Shown one piece after another: positions 50,752 through 60,262 of a DNA stretch of 64,000 nucleotides. This stretch comes from Myxococcota bacterium. GTDB taxonomy: Bacteria; Myxococcota_A; UBA9042; PHBI01; JAWLBL01. The stretch is taken from positions 113,710-177,709 of the forward strand of contig JAWLBL010000001.1 of the NCBI GenBank assembly GCA_041687695.1. Direction: 5' to 3'. The position numbers were made by a program, and so were the translations under genes. The first letter of the stretch is position 1; the number at the start of each line of letters is the position of its first letter. The notes beneath the pieces are model-generated. The model made no database searches. It was not told where the DNA came from and saw only the letters and a list, made by a program, of their open reading frames with translations.

Positions 50752-51735
50752 ATGGCGGAGTTGAGCTTCCGCGAGGCGCTGAACCAGGCCCTCGACGAGG
50801 AGATGGCCCGAGACGAGCGCGTGTTCCTGATGGGCGAGGAGGTCGGCTACTACGACGGCGCCTACAAGGTCTCGCAGGGTCTACTGGCCAAGTACGGCGC
50901 GCTGCGCGTGGTGGACACGCCCATCACCGAGCTGAGCTTCGCGGGCGTCGGCGTCGGCGCGGCGATGGTGGGGCTGCGGCCGGTCATCGAGATGATGACC
51001 TTCAACTTCGCCATCCTGGCCCTGGACCAGATCTTCAACCACGCCGCGAAGATGCGCCTGATGAGCGGCGGGCAGTACTCGGTCCCGATGGTCTTCCGCG
51101 GGCCCAACGGCGCGGCGCACATGCTCAGCGCCCAGCACTCGCAGGCCACCGAGAACTGGTTCTGCAACGTGCCGGGCCTCAAGGTGGTGTCCCCGTCGAT
51201 TCCGAACGACGGCAAGGGGCTGCTCAAGGCCGCGATTCGAGACGAGGATCCCGTGATCTTCCTCGAGTCCGAGATCATGTACAACATGAAGGGGCCGGTC
51301 TCGGACGCCGAGGACTACGTCATCCCGCTGGGCCAGTGCGACGTCAAACGCCAGGGGAAGGACGTCACGGTCATCAGCTACTCGAAGGGCATCCACCACG
51401 CGCTGGGGGCGGCCGAGGCGCTGGCCGGCGAGGGCGTTTCGGTCGAGGTCATCGACCTGATGACGCTGCGGCCGCTGGACATGGAGACCATCCGGCGGTC
51501 GGTGAAGAAGACCGGGCGGGTCGTCACGGTCGAGGAGAGCTGGCCGTACGGGGGCATCGGGGCCGAGCTGGCCTATCGCATCCAGATGGACTGCTTCGAC
51601 TGGCTGGACGCGCCGGTGACGCGCGTGACGCAGCTGGACGTGCCGATGCCCTACGCCGAGAACCTCGAGGCGCTGGTCCTTCCGAACGTGCGCGACGTGG
51701 TCGCCGCCATCAACGCCGTCACCTACCGGAGCTGA
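50752..51735 (+). CDS. pdhB: Pyruvate dehydrogenase E1 beta
   Basis: MGEEVG, DTPITE, FRGPNG, AQHSQ, PMPYA. Confidence 0.95.
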   Translation: MAELSFREALNQALDEEMARDERVFLMGEEVGYYDGAYKVSQGLLAKYGALRVVDTPITELSFAGVGVGAAMVGLRPVIEMMTFNFAILALDQIFNHAAKMRLMSGGQYSVPMVFRGPNGAAHMLSAQHSQATENWFCNVPGLKVVSPSIPNDGKGLLKAAIRDEDPVIFLESEIMYNMKGPVSDAEDYVIPLGQCDVKRQGKDVTVISYSKGIHHALGAAEALAGEGVSVEVIDLMTLRPLDMETIRRSVKKTGRVVTVEESWPYGGIGAELAYRIQMDCFDWLDAPVTRVTQLDVPMPYAENLEALVLPNVRDVVAAINAVTYRS

Positions 51736-51739
51736 ACCG

Positions 51740-53134
51740 ATGCCGACCGTCGTCGAGATGCCGCGCCTGTCGGACACGATGCGCGAGGGCACGCTGGCCG
51801 AGTGGAAGAAGCAGGAGGGTGAGAAGATCGAGGCCGGCGACGAGCTGGCCGACATCGAGACCGACAAGGCGACGATGGCCTTCGAGAGCTTCGACTCGGG
51901 GGTCGTCCTCAAGCACCTCATCGGGCCGGGGGACACGGTCCCGCTGGGGACGCCCATCTGCATCCTGGGCAAAAAGGACGAGGACGTCTCGAAGCTGGCG
52001 GCCGAGCTGGCCGAGAAGGTGAAGCAGGCGATGGCCGAGGGGCTGGGCGAGGAGCCCGCGCCGGAGCCGCCGGTCGCCAAGAAGCAGGCGGACGAGGGCG
52101 AGGCGCCCGAGACGCTGGCGGAGGGCGACGACAAGGCCGAGATCGGCACCGGCCTGGACAACGGCCTGCAGCGGGCGGGCGACGAGGCCGAGCGCGAGCA
52201 CCACGACGAGGCGGCGCACCGCGAGGCGGCGCGGCACGGGCGGGCGCCGGCGCCGCGGGACGCCGAGGGGTTGCGGGTCAAGGCGTCGCCGCTGGCGCGG
52301 CGCATCGCGGCCGATCGCGGCGTGGACCTGACGACGGTCGAGGGGACGGGCCCGGCGGGGCGCATCATCAAGCGTGACGTCGAGTCGCTCGAGCCGACGC
52401 GACGCGCGGCGGCGGCGGCGGGCGCGGCGCCAGCGGCGGGCGCGGCGGGCCGGCCGGACCAGGAGGTGCGCGTCACGCAGATGCGCAAGACGATCGCGCG
52501 GCGGCTGGTCGAGGCGAAGAACGAGGCGCCGCACTACTACCTGCAGATGGTGGTGGACTGCGAAAAGCTGGTCGCGCTGCGGACCGAGCTGAACGACAGC
52601 CAGGACAAGCTGAAGATCAGCTTCAACGACCTGGTGATGCGCGCGTGCGTCGTGGCGCTGCAGGACCACCCGTGGGTGAACGCCGGGTGGCAGGGCAAGA
52701 CCATCAAGCAGTTCGGCGGCGTGCACCTGGGCTTCGCGGTGGCCATCGAGGACGGGCTGATTACCCCGGTCGTGCGCGACGCCGAGCGCAAGGGCCTGCT
52801 GCAGATGGCCGTCGAGGTGAGGGATCTGGCCGAGCGGGCGCGGACGGGCCAGCTGGAGGAGCGCGAGTACCAGGGCAACAGCTTCTGCGTGTCGAACCTG
52901 GGCATGTACGGCATCGAGCGCTTCACGGCGATCATCAACCCGCCGGCGGCCTGCATCCTGGCCGTGGGCGCCCTGCGGCAAGAGCCGGTCGTCAAGGACG
53001 GCGCGCTGGCCGTGGGCCAGACGATGGCGCTGAGCCTGTCGTGCGACCACCGGGTCGTCGACGGGGCGACCGGCGCCGCTTTCATGAAGGATCTCAAGCA
53101 GATCCTGGAAAAGCCCCTGAACCTGCTGCTGTAG
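51740..53134 (+). CDS. pdhC: Dihydrolipoamide acetyltransferase (E2)
   Basis: Lipoyl motif IETDKA, ASPLARR, DHRVVDG. Confidence 0.95.
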   Translation: MPTVVEMPRLSDTMREGTLAEWKKQEGEKIEAGDELADIETDKATMAFESFDSGVVLKHLIGPGDTVPLGTPICILGKKDEDVSKLAAELAEKVKQAMAEGLGEEPAPEPPVAKKQADEGEAPETLAEGDDKAEIGTGLDNGLQRAGDEAEREHHDEAAHREAARHGRAPAPRDAEGLRVKASPLARRIAADRGVDLTTVEGTGPAGRIIKRDVESLEPTRRAAAAAGAAPAAGAAGRPDQEVRVTQMRKTIARRLVEAKNEAPHYYLQMVVDCEKLVALRTELNDSQDKLKISFNDLVMRACVVALQDHPWVNAGWQGKTIKQFGGVHLGFAVAIEDGLITPVVRDAERKGLLQMAVEVRDLAERARTGQLEEREYQGNSFCVSNLGMYGIERFTAIINPPAACILAVGALRQEPVVKDGALAVGQTMALSLSCDHRVVDGATGAAFMKDLKQILEKPLNLLL

Positions 53135-53144
53135 GAGGCCGCGC

Positions 53145-54542
53145 GTGGCCGAGGACAACAACGCCTTCGACCTGGTCGTCATCGGCGGCGGGCCCGGCGG
53201 CTACGTCGCCGCGATCCGGGCCGCGCAGCTGGGCCTGACGACCGCCTGCGTCGAGCGCGACAAGCTGGGCGGCGTCTGCCTGAACTGGGGCTGCATCCCG
53301 ACCAAGGCGCTGCTGCACAACGCCAAGCTCTACCAGGAGCTGTCGCACGGCAAGACCTGGGGGTTCGAGGTCGACGGCCTGCGGGTCGACTGGTCCAAGG
53401 TCATCCAGCGCAGCCGCAAGGTGGCCGACCGCCTGAACAAGGGCGTGCACGGGCTGTTCAAGAAGTACGGCGTCACGCACATCGCCGGCGAGGGCCGCAT
53501 CGATCGGCCGGGCCGGGTGCTGGTGGGCGATCGGGCGCTGTCGTGCAAGCACATCATCGTGGCGACCGGCGCGCGGCCGCGGCCGCTGCCGGGGCTGGCC
53601 TTCGACGGCGAGCGGGTGATGAGCTCGAAGGAGGCGATGGTCGTCGACCCCATGCCCGAGAGCGTGCTGGTCATCGGGGGCGGGGCCATCGGCAGCGAGT
53701 TCGCCTACTTCTTCAACGCGTTCGGCAGCAAGGTGACCCAGGTCGAGCTGCTCGACCGCATCCTGCCGGTCGAGGACCGTGAGGTCAGCGAGGCGCTGCA
53801 GCGGTCGTTCAAGAAGCAGGGGCTCGAGGTCCTGACCGGGACCGTCGCGGCCGACGTCGAGGTGACCGAGGGCGGCGTGCGGGCGCGCCTGAAGCCGGCG
53901 AGCGGCGACGGCGAGGGCGAGGTCCGCGAGTTCAGCCGGGTGCTGGTGGCCATCGGGGTCGTCGGCAACACCGAGGGGCTGGGGCTCGAGGGCGTCGGCG
54001 TCGAGCTGGACCGCGGGATGATCAAGGTCAACGAGGACCTGCGGACGACCTGCCCGGGCATCTACGCCATCGGCGACGTCGCCGGCCCGCCCTGGCTGGC
54101 CCACAAGGCCTCGGCCGAGGGCATCCACTGCGTCGAGCGCATCGCCGGCCACGCGGGCAAGCCGGTCGACAAGACCAACATCCCGGGCTGCACCTACTGC
54201 GAGCCGCAGGTGGCCTCGGTCGGCCTGACGGAGGAGCTGGCCCGCGAGCGCAACATCCCCTTGAAGATCGGCAAGTTCCCCTTCTCGGCCAGCGGCAAGG
54301 CCCTGGCGCTCGAGGAGAAGGAGGGCTTCGTCAAGGTGCTCTTCGACGAGCGCACCGGCGAGCTGGTCGGCTGCCACATCATCGGCCCCGGCGCGACCGA
54401 GCTCATCGCCGAGGCGGCCCTGGCGCGGACCCTCGAGGCGACTGAGGCCGAGATCCTGGGGACCATCCACGCGCATCCCACGCTGGCCGAGGCCCTGCAC
54501 GAAGCGGTCGGCCAGGCGTTCGGGGAGGGGGTGAACTTCTAG
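53145..54542 (+). CDS. lpdA: Dihydrolipoamide dehydrogenase (E3)
   Basis: GGGPGGY, GGVCLNWGCIPTK, HAHPTLAE. Confidence 0.96.
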   Translation: MAEDNNAFDLVVIGGGPGGYVAAIRAAQLGLTTACVERDKLGGVCLNWGCIPTKALLHNAKLYQELSHGKTWGFEVDGLRVDWSKVIQRSRKVADRLNKGVHGLFKKYGVTHIAGEGRIDRPGRVLVGDRALSCKHIIVATGARPRPLPGLAFDGERVMSSKEAMVVDPMPESVLVIGGGAIGSEFAYFFNAFGSKVTQVELLDRILPVEDREVSEALQRSFKKQGLEVLTGTVAADVEVTEGGVRARLKPASGDGEGEVREFSRVLVAIGVVGNTEGLGLEGVGVELDRGMIKVNEDLRTTCPGIYAIGDVAGPPWLAHKASAEGIHCVERIAGHAGKPVDKTNIPGCTYCEPQVASVGLTEELARERNIPLKIGKFPFSASGKALALEEKEGFVKVLFDERTGELVGCHIIGPGATELIAEAALARTLEATEAEILGTIHAHPTLAEALHEAVGQAFGEGVNF

Positions 54543-54567
54543 CCTTAGGGGCTTCGGGTCGAGCGGC

Positions 54568-55058
54568 CTGGGATCGCCGGCTTTGAGTCGGCTGGGGAGG
54601 CGCGGGGCGGTGGATCGGCGGTCTGGGACCGCCGGCTTCCAGCCGGCTGGACGGCGCGGGGCGGTGGGTTGGCGGCCTGGGATCGCCGGCTTCCAGCTTC
54701 CAGCCGGCTGGACGGCGCGGGACGGTGGGTTGGCGGGCTGGAATCGCCGGCTTCCTGCTGGCCGGACGGGAGCGGGGCGGTGGGTCGGCGGTCTGGGATC
54801 GCCGGCTTCCAGCCGGCCTGGACGGCGCGGGGCGGTGGGTCGGCGGTCTGGGATCGCCGGCTTCCAGCCGGCTGGACGGCGCGGGGCGGTGGGTTGGCGG
54901 CCTGGGATCGCCGGCTTCCAGCCGGCTGGACGGCGCGGGGCGGTGGGTTGGCGGGCTGGGATCGCCGGCTTCCAGCCGGCCTGGACGGCGCGGGGCGGTG
55001 GGTTGGCGGTCTGGGATCGCCGGCTTCCAGCCGGCTGGACGGCGCCGGACGGTGGGTC
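54568..55058. repeat. Tandem array of 9 REP-like units of ~54-55 bp, each with a GCCGGC-TTCCA-GCCGGC hairpin
   Basis: ctgggatcgccggcttccagccggc at about 54568, 54623, 54677, 54738, 54793, 54848, 54902, 54956, 55011. Confidence 0.92.
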
Positions 55059-55085
55059 GAGGGGCCGAGGGGTTGAGGGGTCGAG

Positions 55086-55244
55086 GAGGTGCGGTAGCCT
55101 CCGCTTCGGCCGGCCTCAAGGGCTTTGTCCCCCTTGGCCGGCCTGGTGGCCGACCAATTCCTCGCGGACGACAAAGCCCTTGACCCCGGCCTACGCTGCG
55201 GCTGGCGGGCTGACATCGGCCCGGAAGGGGGCCTTCCGGGCCGC
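55086..55244. ncRNA. Conserved structured element (RNA or ssDNA), copy 2
   Basis: Stem 55116-55129 / 55170-55183; compensatory change in the 3' hairpin relative to copy 1. Confidence 0.5.
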
Positions 55245-55371
55245 TTCGCGTCCCGGCGCGGGCACTGGGGCAGCGGGTGCGGGGGGAGGCGGCTGGTCGG
55301 AGGCTCCAGGAGGCGGGTCGAGGCTGGTCGCGGGGGTCTGGGATGGAGTGGGAATTAAACGGCCGTGTAAT

Positions 55372-55823
55372 TAGTCGTCCCGGGGCGGAAGTCCAGGTCG
55401 TCGTCCCGGGGCGGAAGTCCAGGTCGTCGTCCCGGGGCGGAAGTCCAGGTCGTCGTCCCGGGGCGGAAGTCCAGGTCGTCGTCCCGGGGCGGAAGCGCGC
55501 GGGTCGTCGTCCCGGGCCGGAAGGCGCGCCGGTCGTCGTCCCGGGGCGGAAGCGCGCGGGTCGTCGTCCCGGGGCGGAAGTCCAGGTCGTCGTCCCGGGG
55601 CGGGAGCGCGCCGGTCGTCGTCCCGGGGCGGAAGCGCGCGGGTCGTCGTCCCGGGGCGGAAGGCGCGCCGGTCGTCGTCCCGGGGCGGAAGTCCAGGTCG
55701 TCGTCCCGGGGCGGGAGCGCGCCGGTCGTCGTCCCGGGGCGGAAGTCCAGGTCGTCCTCCCGGAGCGGAACTCCAGGTCGTCGTCCCGGGGCGGAAGCCC
55801 AGGTCGCCGTCCCGGGGCGGAAG
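55372..55823 (+). repeat. Array of 17 copies of GTCGTCGTCCCGGGGCGGAAG with 5-8 bp linkers
   Basis: Counted directly; linkers tccag, cgcgcgg and (g)cgcgccg recur. Confidence 0.95.
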
Positions 55824-56043
55824 CCGGGACCAGAAAAGCGACATGCGGACGCGGCGAGGATGCAAATAGTTGTTGACGGATTTCGGGGAGACGTTTTGGG
55901 CGATCCGGGGTCGGCCGGAGGGAGGGCCTGGAAGGCCCCTGGCAGGCTCCACGGCGCGCTGATCAGGGGTCAGGGTCGTCGCGAGTCGTCCGAGAGGCCT
56001 GAACGGCCGTCCAGGGGGTGCTCCGAGGGGATTGAGACCCCCG

Positions 56044-56071
56044 TGTTATGCTGCAGGCCTCGATTGGGAGG
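56044..56071 (+). promoter_or_regulatory. Extended -10 (TGnTATGCT) and RBS of HNH gene 2
   Basis: TG-T-TATGCT at 56044-56052 and GGGAGG. Confidence 0.5.
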
Positions 56072-56079
56072 GCTGCGGG

Positions 56080-57300
56080 ATGAGCAAGGGCTTGGAAGTG
56101 CTGGGGAAGTTGTCCGACGAGGGGCTGCTGGGCCGGGTCGGCGAGCTGGTCGATCTGGAGCGGCGGACGACGGCCAACCTGGTGGTTCTGCTGGCCGAGG
56201 TCGAGGCGAGGGAGCTGCACCTTCGGGACGGCAGCCCGTCGCTGTTCGAGTGGTGCCGGACGCGGTGGGGCTTTGGAGAGGACAAGGCCTACAACTACGT
56301 CAAGGCCGTCGGGTGGGTGCGGCGGTGGCCGCAGATGGGCGCCATGTTGGCCGATGGGCGGCTGAGCCTGAGCGGGGTGCGGGTCATCGGACCTCACCTG
56401 AGCGAAGAGAACGTCGGCGAGCGGCTGGCCGAGGCCGCCGGGAAGAGCAAGCGCGAGCTGACCGAGCTGGTGGCGAAGTGGTCGCCGCGGCCGGACGTCC
56501 CCGCGCGGGTGTTCCGGTTGCCACCGCCCCGGGGCGGAGCGCGGGCCGAGGCGCCGAAGCGGACCGAACCGCGGCGCTCTGCCGAGCTGACGCTGGCACA
56601 GCCCAAGCCGAAGCACCGGGTCGAGCCGCTCTCGGAGGCGCGGTATCGGGTGCAGGTGACGGTCGGGGCGCGGGTGGCGGCCAAGCTCGAGGAGGCGATG
56701 GCGCTGGTCGGGCATCAGGTCGCGTCCGGGGACTACGAGACGCTCTTGGAGATGGCCCTGGACGTCTTCCTGGCCGCGAAGAAGAAGCAGCGGTTCGGGG
56801 TCGGGGCCAAGCGGCGGGCGAAGAAGGCCGCCGTGAAGGCGCCCGAGTCGGCCGAGAGCGTGGCCGTGGCCGGCGAATCGGCCGAGAGCGTGGCCGTGGC
56901 CGGCGAGTCGGTCGAGAGCGTGGCCATGGCCGGAGAGTCGGTCGAGGCCGCGGCGAGCGATGCGGAGGCGGAGGTGACGGAACGCAGCCGTGCCATCCCG
57001 GCCGAGATCAAGCGGGCCGTGGTCGAGCGGGACGGGCTGCGGTGCACCTTCGAGAGCCCGGGAGGGCGGTGTACCGAGACACGCCGGCTGGAGTTGCACC
57101 ACGACGAGGCCTTCGCCAAGGGCGGCGCTCACTCGGTCGAGAACATTCGGGTCGTCTGTCAGGCCCACAACCTGCTCATCGCCCGCCAGGAGCTGGGGGC
57201 GCGGTTCGTCGCCAAGAAGGTCGGCGAGCGGCGGGCGGGGGCCGTTCCGCCCCGGGACGGGAGCGCCGACCATCGGCCCGGACGAGCAGGTCGTGGATGA
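56080..57300 (+). CDS. HNH endonuclease with DUF222-like helical N-terminus, copy 2
   Basis: Close paralog of 32170-33321; LELHHDEAFAKGGAHSVENIRVVCQAHN; internal (ESxESVAxAG) x3 repeat. Confidence 0.9.
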   Translation: MSKGLEVLGKLSDEGLLGRVGELVDLERRTTANLVVLLAEVEARELHLRDGSPSLFEWCRTRWGFGEDKAYNYVKAVGWVRRWPQMGAMLADGRLSLSGVRVIGPHLSEENVGERLAEAAGKSKRELTELVAKWSPRPDVPARVFRLPPPRGGARAEAPKRTEPRRSAELTLAQPKPKHRVEPLSEARYRVQVTVGARVAAKLEEAMALVGHQVASGDYETLLEMALDVFLAAKKKQRFGVGAKRRAKKAAVKAPESAESVAVAGESAESVAVAGESVESVAMAGESVEAAASDAEAEVTERSRAIPAEIKRAVVERDGLRCTFESPGGRCTETRRLELHHDEAFAKGGAHSVENIRVVCQAHNLLIARQELGARFVAKKVGERRAGAVPPRDGSADHRPGRAGRG

Positions 57301-57345
57301 CTCCGCCCCGGGACGACGACTACTCGCCGGCTTCCAGAGACTGTC

Positions 57346-57520
57346 GTATCGACGCCGCCGAAGGCGGCCTTGGAGTGCTCCAGCTTGCTGGAGCCCTGAT
57401 TCGCGCAGCTTGCTGCGCCGGGACGGCGGCGATGTCCCGGCGGCAAGCCGCCGGCGCTGGGGCGCGAGCAAGCTCGCGCACTCCGAGTGGGCTCTTTGCG
57501 ACACCCTCTTCCAGCCGGCC
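57346..57520. repeat. REP-like composite palindrome related to 1-329
   Basis: ggcggccttggagtgctccagcttg is the near reverse complement of 57-81; shares gcagcttgctgcgccggg and accctcttccagccggcc. Confidence 0.75.
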
Positions 57521-57646
57521 TGGTTGAGCGACGACCGAGCGCGGTCCGCCTGGGATCTGTCCCCCCACCCCCAGCCCGCGCCACCCTTTACACCCCGCCC
57601 TCCCCGGCTATCCTGCCGCGGGCCTGACCCTTGGAGGAGGCGCGCG

Positions 57647-58390
57647 GTGGAGGAAGTCGAAGTCCTGCGGATGGCTGAGGCGGAGTCGCGCTCGTGGTGG
57701 TTTCGCGGGCGGCGGCGGGTGCTGGAGGAGGTGCTCAAGCGCCTCGCGATGCCGCCGGACGTGAACATCGCGGATCTGGGGTGCGGGACGGGCGGCAACC
57801 TGGTGATGCTGCGGGCCTTCGGCAAGGTCACCGGGGTCGAGGTCTCGCCGGTGGCGGCCGAGGTGGCGCGCAGGCGGGCCGGGGTCGAGGTGCGCTGCGC
57901 CAGCATGGAGGCGACGGGGCTGCCGGACGCGTCGTTCGATGTGGTGACCGCCTTCGACGTGCTGGAGCACATGGAAGACGACCGGGCGGCGCTGCTGGAG
58001 GTGTGGCGGCTGCTCAAACCGGGTGGGCGATTCGTGGTCACCGTGCCGGCCTTCATGATGCTGTGGAGCGCGCACGACGAGGCGCTGCACCACAAGCGTC
58101 GCTATCGGCGAGGGCCGCTCGCGAAGGCGCTGATGGGCGCCGGCCTGGACGTCGAGTGGCTGACCTACTTCAACGCGGCGCTGTTTCCGCCGGTCGCGGC
58201 CATCCGCCTGCTGCGGCGGCCGTTCGGGGGCGGCGCCAAGGTGGCCGACGGGGTCGAGGCGCTGCCCGGGCCGCTCAACGATCTGCTCGAGGGCGTGTTC
58301 GCGGCCGAGCGGCACCTGGTCGGCCGGGTGCCGCTGCCGGCGGGCGTCAGCCTGGTCGGGGTGGCGCGCAAGCGGGCGGCCGAGAGGTAG
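57647..58390 (+). CDS. Class I SAM-dependent methyltransferase
   Basis: WWFRGRR, IADLGCGTG, FDVLEH, LWSAHDE; GGAGG RBS before GTG. Confidence 0.88.
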   Translation: MEEVEVLRMAEAESRSWWFRGRRRVLEEVLKRLAMPPDVNIADLGCGTGGNLVMLRAFGKVTGVEVSPVAAEVARRRAGVEVRCASMEATGLPDASFDVVTAFDVLEHMEDDRAALLEVWRLLKPGGRFVVTVPAFMMLWSAHDEALHHKRRYRRGPLAKALMGAGLDVEWLTYFNAALFPPVAAIRLLRRPFGGGAKVADGVEALPGPLNDLLEGVFAAERHLVGRVPLPAGVSLVGVARKRAAER

Positions 58391-58451
58391 GCCGGGCGCC
58401 TCGCGGTCCGTAGGGTTGTCGGCAGGGAACCGGTGGGCAAGTGAGGCGACC

Positions 58452-59066
58452 ATGGACTATCAGGAGCTCATCCGACACGTGCGCCGCCACGGGCAGCTGC
58501 CCAACGACGAGGCGGCCGCCGAGGTGATCGGGGCCACGCTGCGCACGTTGGCCGAGTACGGGGCACACCTGCCACGGGCGACCGACGCGCTGCCCGAAGA
58601 GGTCGTCGCGGTGCTCAGCGGACGCACGCCTGCGATCCACCCGACGCTGTCGCCGGGGCGCGCGGAGCTGCGGACCGAGTACCCCAACGACGCCGTGGAT
58701 CTCGCCCCCGAGCGCATCGAGCGCCCTGGGGTGTGGGAGACGCTGGGCGCACCCGTGGAACGCAGCATCTACGACGAGCTGCAGGCGCTGCGACCCGGCG
58801 CGCAGGGGCCGACGCCGACCGACGAGGCCGGCCTGATGCGCCGCTCCGAGGAGGCCGAAGACGCCGCGCGAGCGCTCTCGGGCGCCGCCGACTTCGTCGA
58901 GCGCGTGCGGGAGCGAGAGGTCGGGTTCGTCTCGCACGACGCGGCCGAGGTCCACGTCCGGGCCGTGCTGCATGCCCTGAGCCGCGCCCTGGGCGAGGCG
59001 CGGACGCACGAGCTGGCCGAGTCGGTGCCCGAGATTCGGCTGCTGTGGCCGCGGGCGAGGGCCTGA
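58452..59066 (+). CDS. DUF2267-like protein (two repeats)
   Basis: YQELIRHV...ATLRTLAE and DFVERV...RAVLHALSRAL helical repeats. Confidence 0.55.
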   Translation: MDYQELIRHVRRHGQLPNDEAAAEVIGATLRTLAEYGAHLPRATDALPEEVVAVLSGRTPAIHPTLSPGRAELRTEYPNDAVDLAPERIERPGVWETLGAPVERSIYDELQALRPGAQGPTPTDEAGLMRRSEEAEDAARALSGAADFVERVREREVGFVSHDAAEVHVRAVLHALSRALGEARTHELAESVPEIRLLWPRARA

Positions 59067-59068
59067 GG

Positions 59069-59473
59069 TCAGCGCGGGGCGCGCAGCACGTCGAGGAACG
59101 GCACGTCACCAGGGGCCCAGGCCAGGGCCCCGAAGCGGTCGGGGCCGACGCTGATCACGGCGTCGTGCACCGTCAGGCCGAAGGTGCCCGAGGTCAGCCG
59201 ACAGGCGTAAAAACGCATGTCCAGCACCGCCGACCGCACGGGGACGAGGCCCTGCCACATCAGCGCGCCGACCTCGACCAGGACACCCAGCTCCTCGCCC
59301 AGCTCGCGCTCCAAGGCCTGCACGTCGGTCTCGTCGGCCTCGACCTTGCCGCCCGGGAACTCCCACAGCCCCGGCGAGCGCTGGTCGGGCGCGCGGCGGA
59401 AGGCCAGGACCTCGCCGGGCGCGTCACCGGGGAAGACCCCGGCGACGACGCGTAGCGCCGAACGCGCGCTCAC
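59069..59473 (-). CDS. NUDIX hydrolase, MutT/NudG-like
   Basis: WEFPGGKVEADETDVQALERELGEELG Nudix box. Confidence 0.88.
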   Translation of the reverse strand: MSARSALRVVAGVFPGDAPGEVLAFRRAPDQRSPGLWEFPGGKVEADETDVQALERELGEELGVLVEVGALMWQGLVPVRSAVLDMRFYACRLTSGTFGLTVHDAVISVGPDRFGALAWAPGDVPFLDVLRAPR

Positions 59474-60261
59474 TCGGCGAAGGGGTCTTCGCAGGGGTGC
59501 TCGCCGACGAACGTGCCGATTCGGCAGTACGGCTGGTCCGCGTCGGTGCTCGTGCTGTCCGTCACGAAGTCGTAGAACCAATCCCACAGCAGCCCGCCGC
59601 CGCCGTTGCCGAGCGTGTAGCCCGTGAAGATGAGGCCGGGCTCCCAGCAAGCACCGACGGGACCTTCGCAGAAGCCGTCCGTCTGCACGTCCGTGGTCAC
59701 GAAGCCCTTCATCTCATTGGGAAATTCGGGCTTGAGGCCGCAGAAGTACCAGCCGCGCTTGACGCTGGTCGCCATCTTGCCTTTGTCGTCCTTGGCATAG
59801 GACCGGATGGTGAAGGTGTTGCCGTCGAACTTCACCGTCTCGAGGGCGCCGTCTTCGCCGATCTTGGTGGGGTCGTCCGGATCGTGCACGAAGCGCCACG
59901 TCCCCTGGATCTCGGGGTCGCCGTTCGGGCAGGCATTGCAGGTGTAGGTCGTCCCGTCGTGGATGAAGCCCGTCCACGGGATGACGGTGCCGTTGGTCGA
60001 GCCGCCGGCGGGCAGGCACCCTGGGTTCCGGTCGGGCAGCGCATCCGGGATGCTCCACTTGAACCGCGCGCTCTCCTTCAAGGTCGGGAAGACGTCGGGC
60101 GTCTTCGTGTCCTCCTCGACCGTGCTGTCGGGCGTCGTCGAGGTGTCCTCGGTCGAGGCGTCCGGCGGCGGCACCAGCTTGGTCTCGGTCTCGCAAGCCC
60201 CCAGCAGCAGCGCGCCACCGGCGAGGGCCGTCAGGACGTGGCGGTAGGTTCGGCGCGTCAT
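59470..60261 (-). CDS. Putative lipoprotein, hypothetical
   Basis: LGAC lipobox; co-oriented directly after the GH57 gene. Confidence 0.7.
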   Translation of the reverse strand: MTRRTYRHVLTALAGGALLLGACETETKLVPPPDASTEDTSTTPDSTVEEDTKTPDVFPTLKESARFKWSIPDALPDRNPGCLPAGGSTNGTVIPWTGFIHDGTTYTCNACPNGDPEIQGTWRFVHDPDDPTKIGEDGALETVKFDGNTFTIRSYAKDDKGKMATSVKRGWYFCGLKPEFPNEMKGFVTTDVQTDGFCEGPVGACWEPGLIFTGYTLGNGGGGLLWDWFYDFVTDSTSTDADQPYCRIGTFVGEHPCEDPFAE

Positions 60262-60262
60262 C

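Larger units (their letters stand above)
55086..57322 (+). mobile_element. Putative HNH-encoding repeated element, copy 2
   Basis: Same architecture as 31273-33339. Confidence 0.6.

Noticed and set aside
54568..55058. 54-bp array as a CRISPR array or a coding repeat
   Set aside because: Units are near-identical over their whole length with no unique spacers; overlapping ORFs are low-complexity translations of the repeat.
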